A DNA stretch of 64,000 nucleotides, from the NCBI GenBank assembly GCA_050633305.1, contig JBOEGF010000004.1, positions 224,001-288,000 on the forward strand. The letters are read 5' to 3'. Below, piece after piece: positions 38,001 through 46,256 of this stretch (positions are counted from its first letter, which is position 1; every line of letters starts with the position of its first letter). Below the pieces are notes generated by a model that worked only from the letters and a program-made list of their open reading frames with translations, made no database searches and was not told the DNA's origin. This DNA comes from Nannocystales bacterium. Its GTDB lineage: Bacteria > Myxococcota_A > Polyangia > Nannocystales > Nannocystaceae. Position numbers and translations under genes: made by a program.

Positions 38001-38794
38001 CGATCACCTATGTGCCCGCCTTCGACCTGTTCCTCGATGGCACGGCGGAGTGGTCCGGACCCCGCGAGCTCCCTGCCTCGGACCAAGGTGCAAGCGTGCT
38101 GGTGGTGCGAGACGGAAAGGGTGCGCAATACCGGACCATTCCGGTGAGCGACGCAAAGGACAACGTCCGCGCCTTGGAGCAGGAGGTCACGCTCACCGCG
38201 TCCGGTTCGGCGACACTCGAGCACGCAGTCACCGTCCGCGGCGCGTCCGCGAGTTCGGTGCGCTACCAGTTCCAATCCGCAGAACAACAGCTCGAGCGCA
38301 TGACCCGAGCCTTGGGCGGGTCGTTCCCCGGCGTCGACGTGCAAGACGTCTCGGCACCGGGCATCGACGACATCACCAAGCCTGCGACGCTCCGCGCTCG
38401 TGCATCGGTGCCGCAGTGGGCGACCAAGACCGGCGATAGCCTCCGTTTCAAGGTGACCGGCCGAGACTCGGGCTTCACCTCCGCCCTCGCGCCGAAGTCG
38501 TCACGCGACTACCCGCTTGTACTCGACGTCCCGATGCAAGAGACCCACACGCTGAGGTACCGACTCCCCAGCGGCTATCGGTTCTCAACCATGCCGACCG
38601 GGACGTCGCTCTCCACGGGCGTCGGAAAGTTCTCGCTCGAGGTTCAGGCCACCGACGACGGTGCCGAGGTCCGAACCAGCATCGAGCTCCCCCAACAGCG
38701 CATCTCGCCAAAGGACTATCCCGAACTCCGGAAGTTCTTGCGCCGAGTCGACGCTGCCCTCGAACAAGACTTTGAAGTCGTCCGCGCTCGATAG
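35039..38794 (+). CDS. Secreted TPR + DUF3857 + transglutaminase-like protein with intact Cys-His-Asp triad
   Basis: Signal peptide after GTG 35039; jelly-roll-like WQIVGPFDN...GWNRVLVKV; TPR helices; RYVGLEFG, GDCKDKA, FNHAI, FLDGT. Confidence 0.85.
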   Translation: MTLRRHRSIPRALGLAAILVSASSLADVEARPLPGPVAADVDLGPNRWDLELQRRVAALKKVRGKDPAAIVPLLGLLPEVQGDVDPQALQRALASVADSRSRHPLVRSYARFLQARVLESRGDLAGAAGALRDEGYVVGWQIVGPFDNSGRKGESAVYSPETDAFGSTQTFTGKLAGEPLAWRVIDYTDAPRGGYVSFDDRLRPNTDVTGYATAWVHVDKDQDAAVHVGTGGPYEVWVDGDSVGGASSYRGAHPLQETHAARLQAGWNRVLVKVSAQSGAWGFFLRLSASDGSPIAGLQASAEAPADWRPRAGARPSGKTPASLRTALEARFGEGASARKAKREGMALLEFYRSVHPFDREDETAVALSRRVAQDAPSSRSHWLRALVERDPGESLTALRKGIELGRAEGPASASLLAQMLLELGWRHQSMGLHSRYRTNLEEAHAVAPGDPVVELAMVDEAATAGFRWWSLKWLAALVTRNPHAQRLRLEYASRLHAAGRTKDALVVLGSSNATSDLAGASIEVLLELGEADAAVALARKAADATPGLPERHVAVAQLEESRGDIHAARTAWAKALALAPHDADLHAALGRLLMRNDDLSAAAGSLRRSLDLRPQQPDVRDLLASLDATAPSDLFTRYGLDLGAIAKKTEIPAAWKGKDSAVLHHRMAVKVLPNGLTERLDHRVIRVLDDRGVRSQAVQGLSYDPAESIVEVRRARVHREDGTIEELGEVSVVALASAGYRMYYDQRQIRVGFGGLRPGDTLEVAFLRRDVAAKNMFDEYFGDLMPLQGSAPIGKVEYILEAPSDKPIYFNRPGVKKKSTDDGASTLYRYTDSNVEAITPEGGMPGWVEIADFLHASTYETWNDVGDWYWDLVREQLVVDDAIRGGVKEALAGLPEDATDRQKVDAIYTYVVRNTRYVGLEFGIHGYKPYRTTEIFSRRFGDCKDKASLLKVMLEEVGIEANLVLVRTRDQGVMPKEPASLAVFNHAITYVPAFDLFLDGTAEWSGPRELPASDQGASVLVVRDGKGAQYRTIPVSDAKDNVRALEQEVTLTASGSATLEHAVTVRGASASSVRYQFQSAEQQLERMTRALGGSFPGVDVQDVSAPGIDDITKPATLRARASVPQWATKTGDSLRFKVTGRDSGFTSALAPKSSRDYPLVLDVPMQETHTLRYRLPSGYRFSTMPTGTSLSTGVGKFSLEVQATDDGAEVRTSIELPQQRISPKDYPELRKFLRRVDAALEQDFEVVRAR

Positions 38795-38810
38795 CCCGGC
38801 CCCATCATCC

Positions 38811-41800
38811 ATGCTCTGGATTCGACGCCTTTCTCATCTGACCCACCAACTCGCGGTGGGGTTGCTGCTCACCGCCACCGTCGCGTGCAAGCCCGACCCC
38901 TCCGCGGTGCCGTTTGACCCCTCCGACCCCGGGGCGGCTGCGGCGACGCTGCGCGCTCACCTGGAGGATCACCCCGACGACATCGAGGCCCGGCGCGATC
39001 TGGCCCACTTGGAGTGGATCTGGCTGGGAGCTCCGGACTCGGCCGTCGGACACCTCGACAAGCTGGTCACGCAAGGGGACCCCGGGGCAGGGCTGACGCG
39101 CCTGTTGATCGCACAGGGCCGAGACGACGCCGACACCGAAGCAGAGCTCGCCTACCAGCTGTTGGAACAGGCGCTCAGCGGCGACGAAGCCTTCGTTGAC
39201 GCGGCGGCCCAGGTGGCCGCGCGTGCTCTGCAGCGCGGTCACGGCGACCGCCCCGATGACGACGAGCGCTTCTCCGCGTTCTTTTCCAAACACGAGGGGG
39301 CGCTCACGAAGCTGCCGTTTTCCGTCCGTCAGCCGCTCCTGAGCCTGCGGGCCTCCATTGCTCGCCGGCTGGGCGAGCCCTACGAGGGGCTCTTCGAGGA
39401 GCAGGGGTGCGTACAGGCGTGGGAAGCGTCCGTCCTGGAGGGGCGGCTGGGCGACTACGAGCTGCAGGGCATCGATCCTGACGCGTTTGTCCCCGACCCG
39501 AGTGCCGCCGTCGTCCCGCTATCGTGCGTCGTTCGGGTCTGGAATCCCACCCCTCGCTCGGGCGTCCGGACGCTACGAACGACCGTCCGCAGCGACAACG
39601 ATACGATCGTGCTCGACATCAGCGGGCAGGAGGCCATGCGCGTTTGGCTCGACGGCACGCTAATCCATCGAACCGATCGAACCGATCGTTACGCCCCCCG
39701 TCGCACGCGATTCTCGGTCCCGGTCAAGCCTGGCGCCCACGTCCTGGAGCTCGCGACATCGATCCCGCGGGACCGGGCCTGGGTCTTGGTCCGGGCGGCC
39801 GACAGCGAGGGGAGGGCGTTGAAAGCCACCGCCGATGGCACAAAAGAAGGGGCAGGGCTGCGTGGTGCCCCACAGGTCCGGCGTCCGTCGTGGCCCAACG
39901 CGACCGCCGAAGACGGTCCGCTGTCCGGTCCGATCTACGCGCCGCTTCGCACCTACCTGGCGATGGACGCCGCGCTCGCCGATGGCGATACGGACATCGC
40001 CGAGCGGCATCTCGGAGGACTCGACGAGGCGGATGCGTTCGCGTTTGGCTGGGTCATGCGCGCGCTGTTCGAGCGCAATGATCCCACTCGACCTCGGACG
40101 AGTTCGACGTCTCGGGAGCAGACCGCGCTGGAGTCCGCAATCGAACGGGATCCGCGTCTCGAATCGGCCCAGCGCAACCTCCTGCAACTCCTGTTGCGCC
40201 GCGGTGATGACACCGAGGCCTCTGGAATGCTGGCGAGCCTCCCCAAAGATCGGCTTCGGACGGTGGACGGGGAGCTGCTCCGTCACCAGATCCACGGCGC
40301 CGCGGGGGAGGAGCACCTCGCTCGCGCGGCGCTCGACCGCGCCAAGGCGCTCGATGCCGATCATTGCGGGGTCCTCCGCTACGAGCGGGCGCAGGCTCGC
40401 GACCTGCGGGACGTCAAGCGCGAAGACTCGCTGACGGCCGCGCTCGGCCAGTGCGCCGGGAGCCTCGACACCCGCGCAATGCTGGCGCAGATGCGTGGGG
40501 ACTGGGATGGAGCCGGGACGCTGTGGAGCGAAGCGCTTCGTCGCAAACCCGACGACATCGACACGCTCGAGTCGCTCGCCCACCTCGCAACCCTTCGCGG
40601 GGACATCAAGACCGCGCGCGAGCACCTCAACACCATCACCGAACTGGTCCCCATGCGGGCTTCGAGCCACATCGCGCTGGCCGACCTGGCGCTGGCCAAG
40701 GGAGACCTCGAGGGCGCACGACGCAGAGTATCCACGGCACTCGACTTCATTCCGTTCAGCAACGGGCTGCGCCGACTGGGCAGCAATCTCGGCATCGAGG
40801 ATGAACTCTTGGAGTATCGCGTCGACGGGCTCGAGCGCCTCGCGGCCTACCAGAAGTCCGGCGTGACCTACGAGGGCGCGGCGGAGGCTCTGGTGCTCGA
40901 TCGAAGTGTGGCCCGCGTCTACGATGGCGGTGGACTGCGCCAGGTGGTGCACATCGTTGTGCATCTGCTGAGCAAGGAGGCGCTCGACCGCTACGGAGAA
41001 CTCGAAACGCCGCAGGGGGCCGAGCTGCTCACGTTGCGTTCGATCAAGCCCGATGGCCACATCTTCGAACCCGAACTCGTCCCCGGCAAAGACGGGGTCT
41101 CGCTTCGGCATCTGGAGATTGGCGACTTTGTCGAGTACGAGTACGTGATCGAGCAACCGCCCTCGGGCGTGGTGCCCGGGTACGTTGACGTCTCGACGTT
41201 CCGTTTTCAGTCGTTCGATGTCCCCTACCACCGCAGCGAGCTGTGGGTTTTGGCACCGACGTCGCTCGACCTCAAGACCGATCGCCGCAACACGCCGCCG
41301 GAACCGATGGTCAGCGAGGTCACCCACGGCGGACAGACGCTACGTCTGAGCAAGTTCGGGGTCGACCAGATGCCGCGCCTGGGCGTGGAGCCCGGGACCC
41401 GCTCCGTGTTGGAGGAGGTCCCCAACGTCCGGATCTACACCGAGGTGGATGTCGAGAGCTGGATGCGGTCGTTGGCGGCGAGCGTCTACTACGGCCGCCG
41501 CACCAACCCCCAGCTTCGCGCGCATGTTCGCAGCCTGGTGCGCGGCAAGGAGTCCGACGCCGAAAAACTCCGAACCCTGTGGGGCTGGGTTGTCGAGAAC
41601 ATCGACGACGGCGGCGACCTTTCATCCGCGTCGACCGCCACCTTTGCGACGCGTCGAGGCAACCGTCTGGTGCTGCTCGCCTCCATGCTGGAGCTGGCAG
41701 GGGTGAAGCACGAGGTGTGGCTGGCCCGGAACCGACACGGGCCGAAGTCTCTGCCCGGAGGCCACCCGATGATCGAGAACTACGACGCCCCCATGCTCGC

Positions 41801-42608
41801 GGTGCAGCTGCCGGGGAAGGCGGAGCCGATCATGGTCATGACCGCCTCCAAGGTGATGCCGATGGGGTACCTGCCACCGGGGTATGCGGGAGGCCAAGCT
41901 CTTCGGCTCCCGCTGATGCCTGAGGACACCGCCGGTACCGTCACCGTCCCAGCCGTCCCGCCCGAGTTCGCAGACGTGCGCCGTTGGGAACTGGACATCA
42001 CCACCGACGTCACAGGCGAGGCGAGCGTGACGGGCCGCATCACGTTGACCGGCGGAGAAGCCATCGCCTGGCGACAGGCGCTTCGCGAGATCGACGCAGA
42101 CCGGATCAACGAGGTCTTCCAGCAAGCCGAGCTCTCGTGGCTGCGAGGCAACGACCTGGTCGACCTCCAGGTTGAGGGGGCCGCGGACCTGGATGAGCCG
42201 CTCGTTCTCGCGTTCGAGGCGACCACGGCGTCTCTGGGCGTGGTGCAGAACGGGGCGCTCCTCGTACGCTCCGACGTCGTCCCGCTCAACCTGGGGGCGC
42301 CCTATGTCGCGCTGCCTCAGCGCATGACCGGCATGGTCGTCCCCTACGCCCCTTTGCACGAGGCCACCGTGCGCATCGAGGTCAAGGATGGGCGGCTGGC
42401 CGAGCTGCCCGAAGCGGTCTCTGTACGGAGCGATTTCGGCTCATTCGAGCGTCGGGTCGAGGGAAGCCGGGGCGGGTCGTCGGTGACCCTCGAGCTCCGC
42501 AGCACCCTGAAAACCGGAGTCGTCGAGCCGCACGACTACCCCAAACTCTCGAAGTTCGTTCGCGGGGTCGAGGCAGCCAGCGCGGCCTCGCTGCGGGCGG
42601 CTCCCTGA
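38811..42608 (+). CDS. Lipoprotein paralogue, TPR + DUF3857 + degenerate transglutaminase-like domain
   Basis: Lipobox TATVAC; LEIGDFVEYEY DUF3857-like motif; RRGNR in place of RFGDC; same C-terminal layout as the upstream gene. Confidence 0.75.
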   Translation: MLWIRRLSHLTHQLAVGLLLTATVACKPDPSAVPFDPSDPGAAAATLRAHLEDHPDDIEARRDLAHLEWIWLGAPDSAVGHLDKLVTQGDPGAGLTRLLIAQGRDDADTEAELAYQLLEQALSGDEAFVDAAAQVAARALQRGHGDRPDDDERFSAFFSKHEGALTKLPFSVRQPLLSLRASIARRLGEPYEGLFEEQGCVQAWEASVLEGRLGDYELQGIDPDAFVPDPSAAVVPLSCVVRVWNPTPRSGVRTLRTTVRSDNDTIVLDISGQEAMRVWLDGTLIHRTDRTDRYAPRRTRFSVPVKPGAHVLELATSIPRDRAWVLVRAADSEGRALKATADGTKEGAGLRGAPQVRRPSWPNATAEDGPLSGPIYAPLRTYLAMDAALADGDTDIAERHLGGLDEADAFAFGWVMRALFERNDPTRPRTSSTSREQTALESAIERDPRLESAQRNLLQLLLRRGDDTEASGMLASLPKDRLRTVDGELLRHQIHGAAGEEHLARAALDRAKALDADHCGVLRYERAQARDLRDVKREDSLTAALGQCAGSLDTRAMLAQMRGDWDGAGTLWSEALRRKPDDIDTLESLAHLATLRGDIKTAREHLNTITELVPMRASSHIALADLALAKGDLEGARRRVSTALDFIPFSNGLRRLGSNLGIEDELLEYRVDGLERLAAYQKSGVTYEGAAEALVLDRSVARVYDGGGLRQVVHIVVHLLSKEALDRYGELETPQGAELLTLRSIKPDGHIFEPELVPGKDGVSLRHLEIGDFVEYEYVIEQPPSGVVPGYVDVSTFRFQSFDVPYHRSELWVLAPTSLDLKTDRRNTPPEPMVSEVTHGGQTLRLSKFGVDQMPRLGVEPGTRSVLEEVPNVRIYTEVDVESWMRSLAASVYYGRRTNPQLRAHVRSLVRGKESDAEKLRTLWGWVVENIDDGGDLSSASTATFATRRGNRLVLLASMLELAGVKHEVWLARNRHGPKSLPGGHPMIENYDAPMLAVQLPGKAEPIMVMTASKVMPMGYLPPGYAGGQALRLPLMPEDTAGTVTVPAVPPEFADVRRWELDITTDVTGEASVTGRITLTGGEAIAWRQALREIDADRINEVFQQAELSWLRGNDLVDLQVEGAADLDEPLVLAFEATTASLGVVQNGALLVRSDVVPLNLGAPYVALPQRMTGMVVPYAPLHEATVRIEVKDGRLAELPEAVSVRSDFGSFERRVEGSRGGSSVTLELRSTLKTGVVEPHDYPKLSKFVRGVEAASAASLRAAP

Positions 42609-42616
42609 GCGACGCA

Positions 42617-42658
42617 CAGCGTTGCGCCTCGGGGCTGCTTGCTCGGTGCGCAACGCTG
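42617..42658. terminator. 11-bp inverted repeat CAGCGTTGCGC...GCGCAACGCTG; possible terminator, stabiliser or operator
   Basis: Perfect 11-bp arms with a 20-nt spacer, just after the 42608 stop; no U-tract. Confidence 0.35.
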
Positions 42659-42659
42659 G

Positions 42660-42665
42660 TAGGGT
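42660..42665 (+). promoter_or_regulatory. Putative extended -10 element (TGG-TAGGGT) of a leaderless transcript
   Basis: TANNNT 6 nt before GTG 42672. Confidence 0.45.
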
Positions 42666-42671
42666 CGGGGG

Positions 42672-43532
42672 GTGCGCCGCCTCGCTCCCGTGCTGCTGAC
42701 AGTCTCCCTGCTCTTGGGTGGTCTCGCCTGCGATCCTGGCGGTGCGTGCCCCGAATGCGCGAGCGCCGAGCCTGCGGATTGTCCCAAGCCGAAGGTGAAA
42801 ACGAAGGTCGTGCAAGCTGGCCCGCAGCCGGCCGTCGACAACGGAGACATCAAGCTGACCTTTGCGGATCCGAAGTCCGCCCGGCTCAAGCGCTTCAAGG
42901 CGCAGCTCTCCGGCAGCAAGCTGTTCGGTAAGGTCGTCTCCGGCGTCAACGACACCATCGCCCTTCCACGAGACGCCGCCGTTCTCGTCTCTGAGTGCGG
43001 GCGCATCGACGCCTACTACGAGCCCAAGGCCCCTGGCGTCGTGATCTGCTACGAGCTCGCCGAGCACTTCGAGTCGCTGTTCAAGGGGCGCGCAAAAGGC
43101 AAAGAGCTCGAACGCATGGTCACCGGCGCGGTCTTCTTCGCGTTCTTCCATGAGCTGGGCCACGCCCTGGTCGACCAGCTCAAGCTTCCGATCACCGGGA
43201 AAGAGGAAGACGCGGTCGACCAGCTCGCCGCCGTCATCCTGATCGAGAGTGGGTCGGGGATCGAGATGGCGCTCGACGGCGGACGCGCCTTTCTGCTGAA
43301 CGACGCAAAGGGCTACAGCGCGAACGAGTTCTGGGGCGAGCACTCGTTCGAGAAGCAGCGCTACTACTCGATCGTTTGCATGGCCTATGGCGCAGCGCCG
43401 AAGAAACGAGCGGCACTCAGCGGGGGCAAGTACGGCCTACCGAAGGAACGAGCGCAGGGCTGTCCGGCGGAGTACGCCAGGATCAAGACGTCTTGGCAGA
43501 CGTTGCTGGCCGAGCACGGCAAGGCTGACTAG
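42672..43532 (+). CDS. DUF4344-like HEXXH metallopeptidase, predicted lipoprotein
   Basis: ECGRIDAYY, ICYEL, HELGHAL, EEDAVDQ, EH...QRYY...C..YG; lipobox GGLAC. Confidence 0.8.
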   Translation: MRRLAPVLLTVSLLLGGLACDPGGACPECASAEPADCPKPKVKTKVVQAGPQPAVDNGDIKLTFADPKSARLKRFKAQLSGSKLFGKVVSGVNDTIALPRDAAVLVSECGRIDAYYEPKAPGVVICYELAEHFESLFKGRAKGKELERMVTGAVFFAFFHELGHALVDQLKLPITGKEEDAVDQLAAVILIESGSGIEMALDGGRAFLLNDAKGYSANEFWGEHSFEKQRYYSIVCMAYGAAPKKRAALSGGKYGLPKERAQGCPAEYARIKTSWQTLLAEHGKAD

Positions 43533-43550
43533 GAGGCGCTCGGAGCGTCG

Positions 43551-44996
43551 TCATCCGGGTTCGTCCGCGCCGGCGGTGCTGGGGCCACGCGTCGGGCGCT
43601 CGTCGCCCTCCGCGTCTAGGAGCGGGTCGCCGTCTTCCCACTCGGCGATATCGGCGAACACCGCTTGTCCGGCGCCGCTGAGCCGGAAACGCAGGTCCTC
43701 CGTCGCGTTGAACCAGGCTGGGTTGTAGGCCGGGACGCTCACGCCAAACCCGGTCGTGTTGACGGCGTTGTTGCTCCACGTCGCGCCTTCGCAGCCGTCG
43801 GAGATCGAGCCTCCCGTCAAGACGATGCTGTTTCGGACGATCCCGGTGGTACCGTCGCCGCAAAGGAAGTCGCCGTCCGCGACGATCGTGGAGTAGCGGA
43901 TATCGAGGGTGCCGTTGACCCGGACATGGGGCAGGGGGTCTGCGTCGATGGAAGAACTCTCGACGTAGAGGGAACCTGCCCCTTGAAGTCCGGCGTCGTT
44001 GAAGGCGAATGGGGTCGCGTTCGCGGCAAGCAGGTTCGACCGACGGAAGTGGGCGCTTCCACCGACGAGGTGGAAGGCCCCGCGCACGGTGCTGTCGTCC
44101 AGCCAAAACTCGGCGCCGAGCCCGACGGCCAGCATGGACACTCCAGAGTTCCCGCCATCCGCCGCTCCGTCCCAAACGACTTGGGAAAAGTAGAGTTGCG
44201 ACGCGTCGCTCTCGCCGCCGAAGTACGTTGGGTTTGCCCCGATATTGCCTTCGAGCACTGTCGCTCCGCTCCCTAGAAACGCGACCTCTCGCTGGCCATC
44301 GATCTCGTACGGAGCAACGCCTCCGGTGTCGGGGACCGTGTAGGTGCCGGCGCTCAGCACGAAGACCCGGTCCTCCCCAGGGCCGACCTCATCAAGGAGC
44401 TGAGGAAAGGCGCCCGGAGCCTGAACTTCGATCACATCGTCGGAAGAGAAGCAGGAGCCGGCATCGGGTCCTGCGAGGTGGCAAGCGGAGTCCGGGCACT
44501 GTGTGTGCTCATCGCAGGGAGCGCATCCTTGTTCCGGGTTGCAAACTGGCGCACCCGCAGGGCAGTGGGAGGCTTCGAGGCACGGGACGCACTGTCCCGA
44601 AGAGTCGCACCAGGGCGTGTCGGAGTCGGCCCGAGCACACGCCTCATCCGGAGACTCGGTGCCATCGCATCCAACGCAGGCACCTTCGACACAAAACAAT
44701 CCGGCGTTGCAATCCGAGGGGGCGCCGCAGGCCGCGCCCTCGGTCGTCGTTGGTCCAGGATCGGTGGTCGAGCTTGTCGACCCATCACCTGAAGTGGGAT
44801 CGCTCTCTGTGGTCCCCTGGGTCGTCGTGTCCAGAGTTGTCTGTCCGGTCGGCTGCGATGAGGCAGAGTCGGTGCTAGCGCCCCCAGATGGGTCCGTTGC
44901 CGTGTCGGTTGCCGGTGTCTCCGAGGGCGAGAAACAAGCGCTCAATGACGCCAAGCAACTCAGTGCAAGTGTATGGATGGACCGTCGACCGCGCAT
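43551..44996 (-). CDS. Lipoprotein with Ser/Thr linker, Cys-rich repeats and probable beta-helix domain
   Basis: Lipobox SLSAC; Cys-rich block; C-terminal DAEGDERP...AGADE resembles beta-helix terminal motifs. Confidence 0.7.
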   Translation of the reverse strand: MRGRRSIHTLALSCLASLSACFSPSETPATDTATDPSGGASTDSASSQPTGQTTLDTTTQGTTESDPTSGDGSTSSTTDPGPTTTEGAACGAPSDCNAGLFCVEGACVGCDGTESPDEACARADSDTPWCDSSGQCVPCLEASHCPAGAPVCNPEQGCAPCDEHTQCPDSACHLAGPDAGSCFSSDDVIEVQAPGAFPQLLDEVGPGEDRVFVLSAGTYTVPDTGGVAPYEIDGQREVAFLGSGATVLEGNIGANPTYFGGESDASQLYFSQVVWDGAADGGNSGVSMLAVGLGAEFWLDDSTVRGAFHLVGGSAHFRRSNLLAANATPFAFNDAGLQGAGSLYVESSSIDADPLPHVRVNGTLDIRYSTIVADGDFLCGDGTTGIVRNSIVLTGGSISDGCEGATWSNNAVNTTGFGVSVPAYNPAWFNATEDLRFRLSGAGQAVFADIAEWEDGDPLLDAEGDERPTRGPSTAGADEPG

Positions 44997-45102
44997 CACG
45001 ACGCTGTCGTACCACGGCGCGGCTGAGCCACTCCACCGCCCCTGTCCCGCGCGTCGCGTCCTGGACTTACCTCGGGGACTCTGATCGCGTACCGTGCCGG
45101 CC

Positions 45103-46215
45103 ATGAAACGGTCGCTTGCTTGGTCTCTTCTCGCGCTGTCTCCGCTCGTTGCTGCGTGCGGAGACGACGGTTCCGCCACCACAGAGACGGACGTATCGTC
45201 GTCCACATCGATGGCTGGATCGACTTCGGAAACCCCAATGACGGACCCGACGGTTGGCTCGAGTTCCTCCGGTCCGACCTCCGCCAGCTCGAGCGGGTCG
45301 TCTTCGACCGGTCTTGACGGTTCCGAGTCTTCGGTGGGCGACACAGATGAGGGCACAACGGGGTCGACCACGGGCGGAGAAGTCGTCGACTGCGACACCA
45401 TTCCAGCGGGACCGTTCGCGCCCAACGTACAGTTCATGCCGTTCAACGGAAGCGAAGACCTCGGGTTCGACGGCCTCGGCGGACTTGCGGGCAAGGATGG
45501 CGGCAACATCATCATCGTCGACAGTGCGGGGGTGGAGACGGCCTCCTATGCCGACGCGTTCAACCCCAGCTACGGGCTCCGCTTCACGGCCGATGGCAAC
45601 CTCTTGGTCGCGCACCCCAGCGTCGGCGAGATTGGCGAGATCGGTCCGGATGGGTCGATCAGCACCTTCGCAACGGGCATTAGCGGCGTGAACGGTCTCT
45701 ACCCGGACCTCGAGGGGAACGTGTGGGTGACCAACTTCAGTATCGTCGGCCGATACTCCGCAGACGGGAGCCTCGATACGCTGCTCACGGGCGCAGATGC
45801 GGCCAACTCCAATGGCATCGTCTACGACCCCGATCGTAATGTTGCCTTCTACACGAACTACAGCGCAGGTCGGGTTCTGAAGGTTGATATCAACGCTGAC
45901 GGCAGTGCCGGGGACGTGAACGAGCTTGGCCAGGTCGGCGGGGCGGCATTCGACGGCCTCGCCCTCGATGCCTGCGGAAACCTGTACGCGGTCGACAACG
46001 GCACCCCCAGAGTTTTCAGGTTGATGCTGGACGAGAACGCAGACGCGATCGGCGAGCTGACAAACATCGTCGACGGCAACATGCAGAACGTCGCGAACGC
46101 CCAGTTCGGCCGCGGTGAAGGGTTCGACCCCAACAGTCTGTATGTCACTGGCAACCCGGGCGTGGTCTACCGCCTCGAAGTGGGCGTCCCAGGCGCTGAG
46201 ATCCCGCTTCCGTAG
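45103..46215 (+). CDS. SMP-30/gluconolactonase-like beta-propeller lipoprotein with Ser/Thr linker
   Basis: Lipobox LVAAC; SEDLGFD, NGIVYD, DGLALDACGNLY, ANAQFG. Confidence 0.78.
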   Translation: MKRSLAWSLLALSPLVAACGDDGSATTETDVSSSTSMAGSTSETPMTDPTVGSSSSGPTSASSSGSSSTGLDGSESSVGDTDEGTTGSTTGGEVVDCDTIPAGPFAPNVQFMPFNGSEDLGFDGLGGLAGKDGGNIIIVDSAGVETASYADAFNPSYGLRFTADGNLLVAHPSVGEIGEIGPDGSISTFATGISGVNGLYPDLEGNVWVTNFSIVGRYSADGSLDTLLTGADAANSNGIVYDPDRNVAFYTNYSAGRVLKVDINADGSAGDVNELGQVGGAAFDGLALDACGNLYAVDNGTPRVFRLMLDENADAIGELTNIVDGNMQNVANAQFGRGEGFDPNSLYVTGNPGVVYRLEVGVPGAEIPLP

Positions 46216-46256
46216 TCAACCCGTACGCGTCGCACAGGCGCCAAGATTGACTTAGC

